Position numbers and translations under genes: made by a program | Notes under the pieces: generated by a model | Database searches by the model: none | What the model saw: only the letters and a program-made list of their open reading frames with translations | Told to the model about the DNA's origin: nothing | In this document: positions 63,772 to 64,000 of the stretch, in pieces | Layout: each line of letters opens with the position of its first letter | Position numbering within the stretch: the stretch's first letter is position 1 | Origin: an uncultured Bacteroidales bacterium | Lineage (GTDB): Bacteria > Bacteroidota > Bacteroidia > Bacteroidales > UBA11471 | Direction: 5' to 3' | Assembly (NCBI GenBank): GCA_944325415.1 | Contig: CALUZW010000001.1 | Coordinates: 71,527 to 135,526 of the forward strand | Length of the DNA: 64,000 nucleotides

Positions 63772-63779
63772 TATCTTTG
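63772..63779 (+). promoter_or_regulatory. candidate -7 box TATCTTTG for the DUF3332 gene
   Basis: Exact TAnnTTTG, 28 nt upstream of ATG 63807. Confidence 0.45.
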
Positions 63780-63806
63780 TTTTACAGAATCTTTAAATTT
63801 TATGTT

Positions 63807-64000
63807 ATGAAAAAGAAATGGTTTATGGCTGTGGCTGTTCTTTTGAGCGGTAGCCTTATGTTTTCGTCCTGTATCGGATCTTTTGGTCTGACGAACAAAG
63901 TGTTCTCGTGGAATAAAAGTGTCGGAGAGAAGTGGGTCAACGAAGTTGTGTTTGTGGCGTTCTGTATTCTTCCGGTTTATGAGATAACACTTATTGCCGA
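63807..64000 (+). CDS. DUF3332-family lipoprotein, 5' part (runs off the window)
   Basis: My hand translation is MKKKWFMAVAVLLSGSLMFSSCIGSFGLTNKVFSWNKSVGEKWVNEVVFVAFCILPVYEITLIAD. Lipobox SSC. Matches my recollection of DUF3332. Confidence 0.65.
   Translation, partial: MKKKWFMAVAVLLSGSLMFSSCIGSFGLTNKVFSWNKSVGEKWVNEVVFVAFCILPVYEITLIA

Noticed and set aside
1-64000. Mobile elements, prophage, defence systems, tRNA/rRNA genes
   Set aside because: Scanning the ORFs and intergenic regions, I found no integrase, transposase, phage structural gene, restriction-modification or other defence-type gene. I also found no tRNA-like T-loop or acceptor pattern. Absence is judged by eye only.

Overview
This window reads as a densely coding Bacteroidota (Bacteroidales-like) chromosomal segment. 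The evidence is Bacteroidota-style TAnnTTTG -7 promoter boxes, the rpmB-rpmG-DUF4295 trio, a hybrid two-component regulator, and T9SS-type C-terminal tails. All family assignments come from motifs I recognise in the translated ORFs; no database search was run.

Content by region:
- 1-690: an ArsR-type regulator, a thioredoxin-fold protein and the stub of a membrane protein.
- 877-14875, minus strand: pectinolytic block 1, holding an orphan lipoprotein, a giant CE8 pectin methylesterase, a PL1 pectate lyase, a hybrid two-component sensor/AraC regulator, and a second PL1 lyase.
- 14959-21491: housekeeping genes (DMT/DUF486, TtcA-like PP-loop ATPase, small TonB-dependent receptor, YcxB-like protein, TPR/PD40 protein, FloA flotillin).
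- 21708-29185: pectinolytic block 2, holding an SGNH rhamnogalacturonan-acetylesterase-like enzyme, a second giant CE8, and a convergent PL10-CE8 fusion.
- 29287-42100: a fucosyltransferase-like GT start/stop-overlapped with tamB, then tsaD, cinA, rpmB, rpmG, DUF4295, cdsA, ftsH, rsfS and DUF3127.
- 42183-55375: a Wza/Wzc/Wzy-type exopolysaccharide locus (wza, wzc, wzy-like, two GT4, a GT26, a lipocalin-like lipoprotein, wzi, a CpsB-type phosphatase). It has a lower-G+C glycosyltransferase core, an embedded rpmE2, and a divergent membrane GT2.
- 55463-64000: a hypothetical secreted protein, DUF1343/NamZ-like, an OM beta-barrel plus PCMD lipoprotein pair, prs, a GH13 amylase, a Dabb protein, an alpha/beta-hydrolase and a DUF3332 stub.

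I saw no rRNA, tRNA, CRISPR array, transposase or integrase.

The observations most worth a second look:
- An 82-86 bp cassette made of a palindrome plus a promoter. It occurs three times in tandem upstream of the CpsB-like gene and once more 13 kb away.
- A pectin-degrading enzyme set with no SusC/SusD pair in view. Five of its six enzymes end in T9SS-type tails.
- An unassigned module of about 170 aa shared by three of those enzymes.
- A perfect 23-bp-stem palindrome between a lyase gene and the regulator gene.
- An ATGA start/stop overlap between tamB and a fucosyltransferase-like gene.
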